Position numbers and translations under genes: made by a program. A DNA stretch of 64,000 bases, taken from an uncultured Clostridia bacterium (GTDB lineage Bacteria > Bacillota > Clostridia > Oscillospirales > CAG-272). The stretch lies in contig CALWJX010000007.1 of assembly GCA_944381085.1 (NCBI GenBank), positions 2,754 through 66,753 of the forward strand, read 5' to 3'. The notes below the pieces were generated by a model. The model was not told where the DNA came from. It saw only the letters and a list, made by a program, of their open reading frames with translations, and made no database searches. Shown here piece after piece: positions 38,547 to 49,228 of this stretch. The first letter of the stretch is position 1. Every line of letters begins with the position of its first letter.

Positions 38547-39499
38547 TGAAAGTAGCAATAGCCGGCGTGTGGCATGTACACGCAAAAGAATATACCGAAA
38601 CCGCAAAAAAATTCGGTGAGGTCATAGGCGTTTACGACCGTGACCCTGTTTTCGCGGAGAATTTCGCAAAGGAATGTAATCTTCCGGTCTTCGATACATT
38701 TGAAAACCTGCTTGAGTCTGACGCTGAGGGAGTTATCGTCTGCTCCGCGTCGAGCGACCACGCGGACATGATGGTGGCGATTGCAAACAGAGGAAAGCAT
38801 ATATTCACGGAAAAAGTTCTCGCGCTGACCGTAGAGGACTGTCTGCGGGTAAAAGAAGCGGTAGAGAAAAACGGCGTCAATTTTGTCATTTCGATGCCGC
38901 AGAGATGTATGCCGGGACCTCTGACGGTAAAAGCGCTGATAGATGACGGCAAGCTCGGGCAGATAAACTATATCCGTTTCCGCAACTGTCACAACGGCAG
39001 CAGCGCGCACTGGCTGCCCGCGCATTTCTACAATGAAAAGGAAACCGGAGGCGGCGCGATGATTGACCTCGGCGCGCACGGCATGTACCTTATAGACTGG
39101 TTGCTCGGAGAACCGGAAACCTATTCTTCAACATTTACACATGTCTGCCGTGACGAGAAGGACGCCGTGCTCAATCCCTCAAAGCTTGAGGACAACGCTG
39201 TCACCGTGATGTCCTACCCCGACGGAGCAATAGCGGTCAATGAAACGGGATTTGTTTCCTCAGGCTCTCCCATGACCCTTGAGGTTGGAGGAAGCCTCGG
39301 ATACGTGCATTTTGACGGCAAGGTAATACTCAACGCAAGCTCAACCGGATTCCGTCCCACGGAAATCCCAATGGAAGCGGGAAAAGACCTTCCGATAGTT
39401 CAGTTTATGAAGGGTATTTCGCCCTCTGACTGTTCAATAAACGACGCCATCGCGCTCACACGCATGATGGTGGGGGCTTATTCCGCAATTGTCAGATAA
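38546..39499 (+). CDS. Gfo/Idh/MocA oxidoreductase
   Basis: KHIFTEK, GGGAMIDLGAH; TGATG coupling to the previous gene. Confidence 0.9.
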   Translation: MKVAIAGVWHVHAKEYTETAKKFGEVIGVYDRDPVFAENFAKECNLPVFDTFENLLESDAEGVIVCSASSDHADMMVAIANRGKHIFTEKVLALTVEDCLRVKEAVEKNGVNFVISMPQRCMPGPLTVKALIDDGKLGQINYIRFRNCHNGSSAHWLPAHFYNEKETGGGAMIDLGAHGMYLIDWLLGEPETYSSTFTHVCRDEKDAVLNPSKLEDNAVTVMSYPDGAIAVNETGFVSSGSPMTLEVGGSLGYVHFDGKVILNASSTGFRPTEIPMEAGKDLPIVQFMKGISPSDCSINDAIALTRMMVGAYSAIVR

Positions 39500-39646
39500 A
39501 AATCTGTCCCTCATTTATAAAAGTCAGGCTTATCCCATTATTAACTCGGATTAATCCTGTAAAGTACAAAGCAGAAACGGTATGGCGTTTGTCTTACATC
39601 CGCCATACCGTTTCTGCATATTTTCCGATAAATTCTCGTTTTACAA

Positions 39647-41407
39647 TCAATTTTCCGAATACAGCTTATAAAGCTCGCTGTATAAACCGTTCGCGGCGAC
39701 AAGCTGTTCATGGCTTCCCGATTCGACGATTCCGTCCTGAGTCAGCACTAAAATCCTGTCGGCATTTTTTACGGTAGTCAGACGGTGGGCTATTGTAAAT
39801 GTAGTCCTGCCCTTCGCGAGACGTTCGAGAGACTGCTGCACAAGTTTTTCGCTTTCATTGTCAAGCGCGCTTGTAGCCTCGTCAAGAATCAGCACCGGCG
39901 GATTTTTCAGAAATACTCTCGCTATTGAAATTCTCTGCTTCTGTCCTCCAGACAGCTTTATTCCCCGCTCGCCGACATAAGTATCATATCCGTCCGGCAG
40001 CTCGTTTATAAACTCATCCGCTCCCGCAAGCCTTGCCGCCTCCTGTATCTCTCCGTCGGTAGCGTCGTCTTTTCCGTACGCGATGTTTTCTCTTATGGTT
40101 CCGGAGAACAGATAAACGTCCTGCGCAACCACGCCGATATTGTTGCGCAGCGAGCTTAATGTCACGGTCTTTATATCTGTCCCGTCAATCAGCACTCGTC
40201 CCGACGTAACGTCATAAAACCTTGGGATAAGCGAACACAATGTGGTCTTACCTCCTCCTGACGGACCGACAAGCGCGATGCTCTCCCCGGCTTTCACCTT
40301 GAGATTCAGATTAGTAAGCACGTTTTTATTTTCACTCTCATATGAAAAACTGACATTGTCAAATTCTATTTCACCCTTTACATTTTCAAGAATCTTGGCG
40401 TCTTTGGAATCAACGATATCGGGTTCGGTATCCATAATTTCCGAAAAACGCTCTATTCCGGTCATACCCCGCTGGAACTGCTCCGCAAACTCAACTATCC
40501 TGCGTATAGAGGTAAGCAGGGTGGTCACAAACATCAGATATGCCGTAAAATCCGCGGCGGTAATCTTTCCGTAAAGCATGAAAAACCCGCCCGCCACAAC
40601 AACGACTATATACATTATACCGTCAAAAAGTCTGGTCGAGGACTGAAATCCCGCCATAACCCTGTACACTCTCGCTTTTATGGAAAGAAACTTTTCGTTT
40701 CCCTTCTCGAATTTTTTCTGCTCAAGGTCTTCATTGGCAAAGGATTTGACAACTCTTATTCCGAGCAGACTGTCCTCCACCTGCGAATTCAGCTCTCCGA
40801 CCTGCTTTCTGGAATCCCTGAAACCGTCGCGCATCTTGCGGTTGAATATCATAAGCACGATTATCATAGGCGGTATTACCGAAAATACTATGAGTGTCAG
40901 CGGCACATTCATGGTGCACAGTATAATAAAAGAACATACTATTTTTATACCCGCTATGAAAAACTCCTCGGGACAGTGATGAGCAAATTCCGTGACGTCA
41001 AATAAATCATTGGTAATTCTCGACATAAGCGAGCCTATTTTGGCGTTATCGTAGTATGAAAAGGAAAGCTTTTGCAGATGCGCGAAAAAATCGCTTCGCA
41101 TATCTGTCTCTATCCTTGAGCCCATTATGTGACCTACCGACGCCATATAATAGTTTGCCGCGGTGTCAATAATCCTGAGTACCAGATAGAAAATTCCGCA
41201 CCTGAGTATCAGACGCGCGGTAAGCCCCGCCCCGTCGGTTGCCGCCGATGTTATATCCCTGACTATCATAGGAAGCACCAGCTCACAGACGGTTGTAAGC
41301 GAGGCGCAGAACAGGTCTATAATCATTATCCATTTATATTTTCTGTAATACGGCAAAAATCTCTTGATTAATTTAAAGTTCCGCTTTTTCTTTTCTTTTT
41401 TGACCAT
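39647..41407 (-). CDS. ABC transporter, fused permease/ATP-binding (MsbA/MdlB-like)
   Basis: GPSGGGKT, LSGGQKQR, ILDEATSALD, AHRL. Confidence 0.95.
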   Translation of the reverse strand: MVKKEKKKRNFKLIKRFLPYYRKYKWIMIIDLFCASLTTVCELVLPMIVRDITSAATDGAGLTARLILRCGIFYLVLRIIDTAANYYMASVGHIMGSRIETDMRSDFFAHLQKLSFSYYDNAKIGSLMSRITNDLFDVTEFAHHCPEEFFIAGIKIVCSFIILCTMNVPLTLIVFSVIPPMIIVLMIFNRKMRDGFRDSRKQVGELNSQVEDSLLGIRVVKSFANEDLEQKKFEKGNEKFLSIKARVYRVMAGFQSSTRLFDGIMYIVVVVAGGFFMLYGKITAADFTAYLMFVTTLLTSIRRIVEFAEQFQRGMTGIERFSEIMDTEPDIVDSKDAKILENVKGEIEFDNVSFSYESENKNVLTNLNLKVKAGESIALVGPSGGGKTTLCSLIPRFYDVTSGRVLIDGTDIKTVTLSSLRNNIGVVAQDVYLFSGTIRENIAYGKDDATDGEIQEAARLAGADEFINELPDGYDTYVGERGIKLSGGQKQRISIARVFLKNPPVLILDEATSALDNESEKLVQQSLERLAKGRTTFTIAHRLTTVKNADRILVLTQDGIVESGSHEQLVAANGLYSELYKLYSEN

Positions 41408-41642
41408 GATAAGATTCCCTCCGTTTGCAAACATACGGATTGTATTATAACACAGCCGTAAAAAAATGTCAATACCCGTCATCGGCGACTCAAAACGCCA
41501 ATATTCAATAAAAATACCGCGATACAAATAAAGCGGCGGGACAGCCTGTTTCCGAAATACCGGAACAAGCCGCCCGCCGCGTATGTTTTTTATGATTAAA
41601 ATATGTTTACACGACCATGAATATACTTACAATGAATAACCG

Positions 41643-43388
41643 TCAATCCTTGCCCGATTTCATCATCTCAAGTTCCGCGTCGTCCTGAAGCGCGTCATAC
41701 CCTTCCTCGCCGGTGCGTATCTTTACTACGTTTTCAACATCGTAAACAAATATCTTTCCGTCGCCTATATGTCCTGTATAAAGCACATCTCTCGCGGTCC
41801 TTATCACGGTATCCACAGGTACTTTGCTTACGACTATATCAACCTGTATTTTCGGAAGCAGATTGGTTTCAATCTGGACTCCTCTGTAATACTCGGGCTT
41901 GCCCTTTTGTATACCGCAGCCAAGAACATGAGATACCGTCATTCCGGTGATACCGATACTCATCATAGCCTCTTTTAACGCCTCAAATCTTGACTCCTTG
42001 CATATTATCTCTATCTTTGTCAGTTTCGGCGTTCCGTCATCCACCGATACAACTTTCTTTACGGGCACCGCTTCGGCTGCCGGAACATCTCCCGCAACCG
42101 CGACCGCATCTTCATATCCGTAATATCCACCGTCAACAGCCGGAGCAAAATCCGGATAAGCGCTGTTTCCATGCTCTCCGATATCAAGACCCGCGAGCTC
42201 TTCTTCGGGTGAAACACGGATGCCGATTGTCTTTTTAAGCACCAGCCAGACAATTGAAGATGATACAAATACAAACGCGCCCACAGCTACTATTCCGAGA
42301 AGTTGTACGCCGAGAAGCCTGAATCCGCCGCCATAGAAAAGCCCGTTTTCGGTGGAAAGCGAAGTAACGCCCTCTTTCGCAAACAGTCCGACAAAAACAG
42401 TTCCCAGAACCCCGCAGCCGAGGTGAACGGACGTCGCGCCCACAGGGTCATCGATCTTGATGCGGTCAAAGAACATTACCGCAAATACGACTACCACGCC
42501 TGCAATCGCGCCTATAAGCAGTGAGATCTCAATGCTTACATACGCGCACCCTCCGGTCACGGCGACAAGTCCCGCCAGACAGCCGTTGATAGTCATGCCA
42601 AGGTCCGGTTTGCCTATAAATATCCACGCGGTAACCGTAGACGTCACAACCGCCGCGATCGCCGAAGTATTGGTTGTCATTAAAATATGCATGATGTCGG
42701 AAGTGTTCTGGAAGCTCATGGTAGAACCGGGGTTAAAGCCAAACCATCCGAGCCAGAGCACAAACAGACCGATAACCGCAAGCGACATATTGTGTCCGGG
42801 AATCGCGCGGGGCTTTCCGTTTTTATCGTACTTGCCGATACGGGGACCCAAAATCAACGCTCCCGAAAGCGCCGCCCATCCGCCGACGGAGTGAACCACT
42901 GTATCTCCGGCGAAATCCTTAAAGCCCAGATCAGCAAGCCAACCGCCGCCCCAGACCCAATGCCCGACTACCGGGTATATAAACAATGTGAGTATAAAAG
43001 AAAATATGATAAATGATATGTATTTTATTCTTTCCGCAACGGCGCCCGAAACTATAGTAGCGGCGGTACCGCAGAATACAAGCTGAAAGAAAAATTTGCC
43101 CCAGAACGGCACGCTTGAAGTCAATGTGTCGTCATAAGCCGACAGATCGGCGTTGCCTAAAATCCACAAGTTTTCAGTGCCGATAATCGGATTGTCGCCG
43201 CCGAACATCAGCCCCCACCCCAAAAGCAAAAATCCAAGTGAGGATATTGCGAAAACAATAAAGTTTTTGGAAAGAATATTTACGGTGTTCTTAGACCTCG
43301 CGAACCCGGCTTCCACGGAAGCAAATCCAAGGTTCATGAAAAAGACAAGAATCGCGGCTAAAAATACCCATAAAGTATCAATCAGCAT
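41643..43388 (-). CDS. amtB: Ammonium transporter fused to a C-terminal PII (GlnK-like) domain
   Basis: DFAG..VVH..GG, WFGFN.GS, DDPVG..SVH; C-terminal GCGIQKG..EYYRG, TGHIGDGKIFV, IRTGE. Confidence 0.95.
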   Translation of the reverse strand: MLIDTLWVFLAAILVFFMNLGFASVEAGFARSKNTVNILSKNFIVFAISSLGFLLLGWGLMFGGDNPIIGTENLWILGNADLSAYDDTLTSSVPFWGKFFFQLVFCGTAATIVSGAVAERIKYISFIIFSFILTLFIYPVVGHWVWGGGWLADLGFKDFAGDTVVHSVGGWAALSGALILGPRIGKYDKNGKPRAIPGHNMSLAVIGLFVLWLGWFGFNPGSTMSFQNTSDIMHILMTTNTSAIAAVVTSTVTAWIFIGKPDLGMTINGCLAGLVAVTGGCAYVSIEISLLIGAIAGVVVVFAVMFFDRIKIDDPVGATSVHLGCGVLGTVFVGLFAKEGVTSLSTENGLFYGGGFRLLGVQLLGIVAVGAFVFVSSSIVWLVLKKTIGIRVSPEEELAGLDIGEHGNSAYPDFAPAVDGGYYGYEDAVAVAGDVPAAEAVPVKKVVSVDDGTPKLTKIEIICKESRFEALKEAMMSIGITGMTVSHVLGCGIQKGKPEYYRGVQIETNLLPKIQVDIVVSKVPVDTVIRTARDVLYTGHIGDGKIFVYDVENVVKIRTGEEGYDALQDDAELEMMKSGKD

Positions 43389-43477
43389 TTAAATCACCTC
43401 TCAATATATTTACTTAAAATTGATAAACTATTATAACAGGGACTTCCCGGAAATGAAACCTAAATCCTCCGAAACGC

Positions 43478-43523
43478 AAAACATGCATCCGAGAGTTTTA
43501 CTCTTCAGATGCACGTCATTGTG
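43478..43523 (-). promoter_or_regulatory. ANTAR-type hairpin overlapping a terminator upstream of amtB
   Basis: CAC-AATGAC-GTG hexaloop whose 3-prime arm starts the TGCATC..GAGAG/CTCT..GATGCA stem, followed by TGTTTTG. Confidence 0.7.
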
Positions 43524-43541
43524 TATTTATATAATATTCAA

Positions 43542-45635
43542 TTATTGACAGTAAGTCATTTCACCGTATGAGGGAAGCGGCCAGAGCTTTTTGGGAACAA
43601 GCATTTCCATCTCGTCGACAGATTTTCTCAATTCCGCCATAGCCGGAATTACAACGTCCTTAAACGCTACCGCTCTCTTATCGGTATCCTCAATATCCTG
43701 AACTTTTTTCTCAAGCTCGCCAAGCTTCTCCACAGCCTTATAGGTCTGCGAGTTAAGCTTTGACAGCTTGGATACAAGCTCCTTTTCGACATACAGACAA
43801 TCTTCTTCGGAACACAGCCCACGCTTAGCCTCAGCAGTCTTCGCAACACTCAGGACATATTCTTCAACCGCGGGGATAATCTGTTTTTTAGCCATGTCTA
43901 TCATTGTCAACGCTTCTATATTGATTATCTTTGCATAGTTTTCAAAGAGTATCTCCTCCCGTGCTCTGAGCTCAACCTCGCTCATTACGCCCAGCTCTGT
44001 AAACAGGCTTATATTCTTTTCTTTAGTAAGGCACGGATATACATCGACAGACGTCTTTAAATTGAGAAGTCCTCTCTTCTCCGCTTCAACCGGCCACTCG
44101 TCCGAGTATCCGTCGCCGTTGAAAACTATTCTCCTGTGAGCGGTCAATGTTTCCTTTATAAGTTTTTTGGCGTCCGCCTCAAGGTCTTCCGCTTTTTCAA
44201 GCCTGTCTGCAAAATCCCTGCAGACCTTTGCCACGGCGCTGTTGAGAACTATATTCGGCATCGCTATATTCTGCGACGAACCCAGCATACGGAATTCAAA
44301 CTTATTTCCGGTAAACGCGAAAGGAGATGTTCTGTTGCGGTCGGTGGAATCATATCTGAAAGTAGGCACGCTCGGAACACCGAGGTCCATTGTCCGCTTT
44401 CCTTTTGCTTTATAATCGACATCCCCCACAATCGAATCTATGATCTCCTCAAGCTCATCGCCCACAAACATGGATACAATCGCCGGAGGCGCCTCGTTCG
44501 CGCCCAGACGGTGGTCGTTGCCCGCGCTTGCGACCGATAGTCTCAACAGATCCTGATAGTCGTCTACCGCTTTGATAATTGCGCTTAAAAACAGCAAAAA
44601 CTGAGTGTTCGACGCGGGATCGCTTCCCGGGTCAAGCAAATTTTTACCGGTATCGGTGGAAATAGACCAGTTGTTGTGTTTTCCGGAACCGTTTACTCCC
44701 TCATAGGGCTTTTCATGAAGCAGAGCCACCATTCCGTGCTTTTCGGCTATCTTTTTCATAGTTTCCATTATAACCAGGTTCTGATCGACAGCCGCGTTTG
44801 TCGTGGCGAATATAGGAGCAAGCTCATGCTGGGACGGAGCCACTTCATTGTGCTTTGTTTTCGAGCTTATTCCAAGCTTCCAAAGCTCGCAGTCGAGCTC
44901 CGACATAAACTCCGCCACCTTTGTCTTGAGAGGTCCGAAATAATGATCCTCAAGTTCCTGCCCCTTGGGAGCCGGCGCTCCGAAAAGCGTTCTTCCGGTA
45001 AACAGCAAGTCCTCTCTCTGATCGTAGTATTTCTTATTCACAAGGAAATACTCCTGCTCAGCTCCGACGGTTGTCGCAACTCTCTGAGACGCGGTATCAC
45101 CGAACAGTGCAAGTATACGAAGCGCTTCGCGGCTTATCACATCCATTGACCTCAAAAGCGGCGTCTTGGAATCCAAAGCCTCTCCCGTATACGAGCAAAA
45201 TACAGTAGGAATATAAAGTGTATCATCCTTTACAAATGCATAAGAGGAAGGATCCCATGCCGTATATCCTCTTGCGTTGCAGGTTTCTCTCAGACCGCCC
45301 GACGGAAATGAGGAGGCGTCGGGTTCACCCTTGATAAGTTCCTTTCCCGAAAACTCCATCACCACCTGATCCGCGGCAACCGGAGAAATAAACGAATCGT
45401 GTTTCTCGGCTGTAACGCTTGTAAGCGGCTGGAACCAGTGAGTATAGTGAGTAGCGCCCTTTTCAATCGCCCAATCCTTCATTGCGTTTGCCACGACATT
45501 CGCGATAGAGACATCTATCATATTGCCTGTCGCGATAGTTTTTGTCAGCGACTTATATACTTCTTTGGGAAGCCGCTGACGCATCACCGCGTCGTTGAAC
45601 ACCATACTTCCGTAAATCTCCGGTACGTTTTTCAT
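43542..45635 (-). CDS. glnN: Glutamine synthetase type III
   Basis: THYTHWFQPL, GEPDASSFPSGG, HNEVAPSQHE, GSGKHNNWS, RLGANEAPP, DRNRTSPFAFTGNKFEFR. Confidence 0.97.
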   Translation of the reverse strand: MKNVPEIYGSMVFNDAVMRQRLPKEVYKSLTKTIATGNMIDVSIANVVANAMKDWAIEKGATHYTHWFQPLTSVTAEKHDSFISPVAADQVVMEFSGKELIKGEPDASSFPSGGLRETCNARGYTAWDPSSYAFVKDDTLYIPTVFCSYTGEALDSKTPLLRSMDVISREALRILALFGDTASQRVATTVGAEQEYFLVNKKYYDQREDLLFTGRTLFGAPAPKGQELEDHYFGPLKTKVAEFMSELDCELWKLGISSKTKHNEVAPSQHELAPIFATTNAAVDQNLVIMETMKKIAEKHGMVALLHEKPYEGVNGSGKHNNWSISTDTGKNLLDPGSDPASNTQFLLFLSAIIKAVDDYQDLLRLSVASAGNDHRLGANEAPPAIVSMFVGDELEEIIDSIVGDVDYKAKGKRTMDLGVPSVPTFRYDSTDRNRTSPFAFTGNKFEFRMLGSSQNIAMPNIVLNSAVAKVCRDFADRLEKAEDLEADAKKLIKETLTAHRRIVFNGDGYSDEWPVEAEKRGLLNLKTSVDVYPCLTKEKNISLFTELGVMSEVELRAREEILFENYAKIINIEALTMIDMAKKQIIPAVEEYVLSVAKTAEAKRGLCSEEDCLYVEKELVSKLSKLNSQTYKAVEKLGELEKKVQDIEDTDKRAVAFKDVVIPAMAELRKSVDEMEMLVPKKLWPLPSYGEMTYCQ

Positions 45636-45756
45636 AGTTTTGTGACCATGCCTTTCTTTTATATTAAAGCTATTGTGACAAATTAATTTACAGATACATA
45701 TCAAGTATTGACTGTTTCTACGGGAAAATACAGAAAACCTGACTCTGTATTCAATT

Positions 45757-45839
45757 AAAAAAATTGCGCTGCGAACTCACGGTTCACAGCGCCTTTGCTG
45801 TTATGCAACTATTATATACCCTTGTTTGAAATTTGTCAA
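45757..45839 (-). promoter_or_regulatory. SigA promoter + ANTAR-type hairpin/terminator leader of glnN
   Basis: TTGACA-17-TATAAT (45839-45811); ACAGC-AAAGGC-GCTGT (45801-45786) overlapping the terminator GCGCTGTGAAC/GTTCGCAGCGC + U7. Confidence 0.8.
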
Positions 45840-45908
45840 TAGTATATTTTTACAAATTTCTTGTTTTCAAAAAAACAGTTTTTGTAAATTTTATATCGTG
45901 TGAAACAA

Positions 45909-48572
45909 TTATGCCACCAGCACTACCGAAACCGATATATCATCAGGAGCCCTGCCCTTAGGATTATTGTCTCTGGCGGCTTTCAGTATTTTGTCCCTCA
46001 TCCTGTCCGTCCATTCTCCTCCGATACCGGAAAGCTGAGTCTTTTCGGGAAGCTCAACCTCATTGAGAATATCTACAAGCCACGGGCAATCCTCGCTGTC
46101 CGGACAGCATCCGTCGCTTATCATAATCACAAGGTCGCCCTGCTTCATATCAAACTTTGTGAGCCTCGCGTCTGGATTTTCTATTATTCCTATAGGCATA
46201 GTCCTGGAATTTACCTTGTAAACGGTTCCCTTTCTCAATATATACGTGGGAGCCGCTCCGCTTTTTATAAAAGACGCCGCTCCGCTCATAAGGTCAAGCT
46301 CCATCAGATCCACCGTAACCGAACACTCCCTGCCGCTGCTGCTGTTTTCCGAGCGAAGAAAATTGTTGAGCATTCTCAGGGTGATATCCGCGCGGTTTCC
46401 CGCCGAAAGCATTTTTTCAATAAACATCGCGCTCATGCCGGAATTGAATGCCGCCTGCGCTCCGCTCCCCATTCCGTCGCTCAACAGAGAATAAAAATAC
46501 AAATTATCTGTTAAAAACGCGTCTGTGGTATCTCCGCAGCTGTTATCGGCTTTTTCATTTTCCGACTCGTCAAACGGGTCCAGCAATATCTGCTCGGACA
46601 TGTCCTTTGCGGGCATTTCCTGACACGCCGCGATCCTTCCGTGCGAGCATATAGCCCGAAATCCCGGTCTGGACCCGAAAAGCATCAAAGTGCCGTCGCT
46701 TCCCACCTCAAAAACGGGACCCGTCATTCTGACCCCCACAATATCGCTTATCCTGCGGCATATTTCCCCGCCTTTGCTGCTGTCCGTATCATCCTTAAGA
46801 CTTACCCCCTTTATTATTACCCGACGGAATCTTTTGCCGCAAACTACCACTCCCTTAATATCAAATCCTATTTTTGTAAGATACTCATACACCCTGCCGC
46901 CCGCTTCGGTATCACACTCGTATTCATCCTTTTCACTTTCAAGCGCGTCTTTGAGAATAGAGGTTATATCATCGTAATTTGAGGCAAACACCCCTATTTT
47001 CTCGCTTCTTATTATCCTCTCGGTCACCTCGGCGCAGGAAGCGTTTACATCGTCAATCACTTTATCTATACGCATACAGCATTTTACAAAATTATCAGGC
47101 AAATCCTTTAATTCCACATATCCTTTCGTATGCAGCCCGGAGGTAATGCATCTTTCAGCCTCAAGAGTTTTGCTATAATCCGCTCCCCTGCAGACATCCC
47201 TGTTGCGACAGCCCTCGCAGACCTTCGAAAATGAATCCTCTGTTATTTTTTTCAGTCCCAATATATCCGGTCTGCGAAACCTGTCACTGAGACGGTAAAA
47301 GGTCTGTGAAAGCGATGAAAAAGCATCCGATAAGGAATTCAGCTTATCCTTTACCGCTTCAGATTTGTTTTTTTCGGTAACCGCAGCGGCAAAATATATT
47401 CCGTCGGAAGCATTATAGGAGACAGGCGCCTGATTCGGATATGCGAAATCAAAATATTTATCAATAACAATAAAAACAGGTATTGAGAGCAGCATGGGAG
47501 GAAGCACGCCGACAAGACCGCTCGTACTGCCGAAATAGTAGCACCAAGTAACTATTGCCGCGCAGACCGCCGCCAGCCCCGCCGTTTTTTTCAGAGGAGA
47601 TATCAGACACAGCAAAACCGAAGAGATCACAAGCAACGGAATATATTTTACATTGAACAAAGCGCCGCATATCAAAGCACACATGATTCCCAGCGGCAGC
47701 CGCCTGCGGGATGATACGCAAAGCACAAAGAGCATGGCAAGCATCGGCTGCATGGACATTCCGAACAGTTCGATTTCCCGTGATGCATATGTTGCGGCGG
47801 CAATTGCCGTTCCGACCGCTACAGTATTGCTCCAGCCTCCCGGCACAGCGTCACGGTCCGACAGTCCGGAAAACAGCAGGACGGCAATCGGGCAGAGCAG
47901 TATAAGGAAAAAAGCCCCGTAAAGATTGTAATATGAAAAATCACTCTCGATCAGTCCGAAAAGTCCGGCGACAAATCCTCCTACGCCCGCGCACAGCATA
48001 CGGAACATTATATTCTCACAGAATATTCTCCCGTCGTCCGGATTTTCCCCGTCTTTTTCTCTGTGTTTGATACCGAAAAATTTTTCAATCGACAATAATA
48101 CCCGGCTGCCGTTTTTCCCCGCCGACGTCTGTCCTTCGATCTGTTTGCCGTGCTCCCGCGCCATATAAAAATCGGCTTTGTCTTTACCGCCCGATTTGGC
48201 GCCGTCCTGTGCTTTTGCATGTATATTCGGAGCATAGGAAATTATAAACCTCACAAGTAAAACACACAGATATGCAAACACATATTCAACCTCAACCTTA
48301 CCGGTTACAAAGCCAAGCAGCAGTCCTCCGGAAATGGGTACAAGATATATTCCCGTAGCGCAAAGCAAGGCAATACCGAGAGGAAAAGTACCGAAAAAAA
48401 ATTCCGCTCCGCCTAAAACATATGAAGTCAGAAACAGCATTCCCGCCGACACCGCGCGAATGACCCGGCTTCTCACCTCGTCCGCCTGCTTCTGCTTAAG
48501 CCTGTCCGTAAGATTTGAAAATATACTTTTTTCCTTTTCTCCGCTTTTTTTATACTCCGTTCCGTTCTGCAT
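45909..48572 (-). CDS. spoIIE: Stage II sporulation protein E (membrane PP2C phosphatase)
   Basis: N-terminal TMs, central CEGC...C motif, PP2C motifs SCGD, LSDGMGSG, TVDL, KSGAAP, ISDG, DDISV. Confidence 0.9.
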   Translation of the reverse strand: MQNGTEYKKSGEKEKSIFSNLTDRLKQKQADEVRSRVIRAVSAGMLFLTSYVLGGAEFFFGTFPLGIALLCATGIYLVPISGGLLLGFVTGKVEVEYVFAYLCVLLVRFIISYAPNIHAKAQDGAKSGGKDKADFYMAREHGKQIEGQTSAGKNGSRVLLSIEKFFGIKHREKDGENPDDGRIFCENIMFRMLCAGVGGFVAGLFGLIESDFSYYNLYGAFFLILLCPIAVLLFSGLSDRDAVPGGWSNTVAVGTAIAAATYASREIELFGMSMQPMLAMLFVLCVSSRRRLPLGIMCALICGALFNVKYIPLLVISSVLLCLISPLKKTAGLAAVCAAIVTWCYYFGSTSGLVGVLPPMLLSIPVFIVIDKYFDFAYPNQAPVSYNASDGIYFAAAVTEKNKSEAVKDKLNSLSDAFSSLSQTFYRLSDRFRRPDILGLKKITEDSFSKVCEGCRNRDVCRGADYSKTLEAERCITSGLHTKGYVELKDLPDNFVKCCMRIDKVIDDVNASCAEVTERIIRSEKIGVFASNYDDITSILKDALESEKDEYECDTEAGGRVYEYLTKIGFDIKGVVVCGKRFRRVIIKGVSLKDDTDSSKGGEICRRISDIVGVRMTGPVFEVGSDGTLMLFGSRPGFRAICSHGRIAACQEMPAKDMSEQILLDPFDESENEKADNSCGDTTDAFLTDNLYFYSLLSDGMGSGAQAAFNSGMSAMFIEKMLSAGNRADITLRMLNNFLRSENSSSGRECSVTVDLMELDLMSGAASFIKSGAAPTYILRKGTVYKVNSRTMPIGIIENPDARLTKFDMKQGDLVIMISDGCCPDSEDCPWLVDILNEVELPEKTQLSGIGGEWTDRMRDKILKAARDNNPKGRAPDDISVSVVLVA

Positions 48573-48750
48573 CTTTTTTACTCACCTTTCCGTCTGTCCG
48601 CGACCGGACGCAAACAATATCCTTTTGTATATGTGGCTCACCGGTTTTGAAAAAAGCCAAAATCGTTAAAAATCAAAAAAATTAAGTTTTAACACGTACT
48701 TTCCGGGCATTTTACCGTTTACGGCCTCACACGAGTGAATCGCTATATAC

Positions 48751-48784
48751 ATTATAAAGGAAAGGCGCCAAAGTTTATGTCAAA
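48751..48784 (-). promoter_or_regulatory. Spo0A-dependent-type spoIIE promoter
   Basis: TTGACA-21nt-TATAAT, the over-long spacing known for the B. subtilis spoIIE promoter; TGTCAAA is a one-mismatch 0A box. Confidence 0.6.
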
Positions 48785-49228
48785 ATCGGTACGGCGTAAA
48801 TTACCTTCTTTTGTCCCCGAATGTCAACGTCTAAAAAAAAAGAAAGCAGCAGGTCGCTTTCGTGGTAATATTTTATCAATAAAGTTGTATGCTTGTATTA
48901 TTTTGATGAACGATTTATTAAGCATTTAATTAAAAACTATAAAAAATATCGCTTTTTTCCCAAAAAATATTTGCAAAACCTGAACATCTGTGCTATAATT
49001 AATGTGAGCGCAAATTAAACCGTAATATAATTCGGGAAATGTTATAGCGTGAAAGTTTTATTTTTCAGCATCAAAGCATATATGATTTCACGCGTAAATT
49101 TTCTAAAAGCTTAACGTTTTTTGTTTTGCGGAGCAAAATTGTTTCGCTATCCGAATTTGTTTCTCTATCCGAAACCGAAGATTTTTTATATCTATTTGCG
49201 CTGCCTTAAGGCAGCATGGGAGATTAAT

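Noticed and set aside
41643-43388. AmtB-PII fusion as a novelty
   Set aside because: Such fusions are already known in Clostridia.
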